DNA from: Eledone cirrhosa
Lineage: Eukaryota
DNA: 64,000 nt
Direction: 5' to 3'
Assembly (NCBI GenBank): GCA_964016885.1
Contig: OZ024745.1
Span: 76,074,001-76,138,000, forward strand
The notes beneath the pieces were generated by a model that saw only the letters and a list, made by a program, of their open reading frames with translations, was not told the origin of the DNA and did no database searches. The translations under genes were made by a program, and so were the position numbers. Below are positions 63,380 through 64,000 of the stretch, piece after piece (position 1 is the first letter of the stretch; every line of letters starts with the position of its first letter).

Positions 63380-64000
63380 GCACATAATATTGGCACACTT
63401 AAAGGTAAATCTGGGTAATTTGTGGAGATCCTTGAATGGAGATAAGCAGATGTATACTATGTTCATGAGGTGAGATTGAGGAAAATCTGTCAGACTATTT
63501 ACAAGCAAACAGCATAGATATAAGCTCTTCTGGGTAGGAATCAATGATGGGGTGAGTAGAATAGGCATTTCACTAACCGAGAAATGAATAGGTAAAGTAA
63601 TTGGGTAAGTGGCATAATTATGAATCTCAAAATATTCATAGGCAATAGAATAACAACAATTATCTCTAGCTATGTATCACTTTCAGGACTAAGTAAAGAA
63701 CAAAATAACTGTTTTTATGTGGACTTCTTTCAGTCAATTTCAATAATATCAGACTGGTGACTTCAATGGACATGTTGGTCAGCACCAGGATAACTACTTT
63801 AGAGTGCATGGTGGCTATAGGTATGGTTTGAGAAATGAAGAGGGACCAAGGCTCCTAGAATTCTGCAAATGACCTAATCAGAAAACTGGTCAGCTACTTG
63901 ATCACTGATCAATCAGGTGAACATTCTCGCCATGTTAATTTCTTGCTCATTAGAAAATGGAATAGACAGATATTTATGAATGCCAAGTCCTTTCCAGAGA
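63380..64000 (+). mobile_element. Decayed RTE 5' (APE) region, runs off the window
   Basis: NIGTLKG, YKLFWVG, GDFNGHVG, RNEEGTRLLEFC motifs with stops. Confidence 0.75.

Overview
AT-rich eukaryotic, non-genic DNA, most likely from an octopod cephalopod (inferred from the abundant tRNA-derived SINE with the core TTCAAATCC..GAGGT..ACTTTGCCTTTCATCCT..GGGGTCGATAAAATAAAGTACCAGT). I found no convincing host protein-coding exon. The window consists of decayed transposable elements. Non-LTR retrotransposons: three near-full-length and many partial RTE-clade LINEs whose single ORF carries a C4HC3 PHD-type finger just after the RT, a near-full-length and a truncated CR1-like LINE, an R4/Dong-like element inserted in an (AAT)n tract, and three CRE-like RLE fragments. 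Other elements: a solo LTR, many SINEs, non-autonomous Helitrons, Tc1/mariner, hAT and piggyBac-type MITEs, and micro/minisatellites. The most interesting signals not explained by these annotations are a pair of diverged ~300-nt putative Pol III structured RNAs (31.3 and 34.0 kb), Penelope-type minimal hammerhead ribozyme motifs (5.6-5.8 kb), several near-perfect fold-back palindromes, and a Helitron-end palindrome followed by an array of its own terminus. All calls come from reading the sequence by eye; no searches were run and boundaries are approximate unless TSDs are given.
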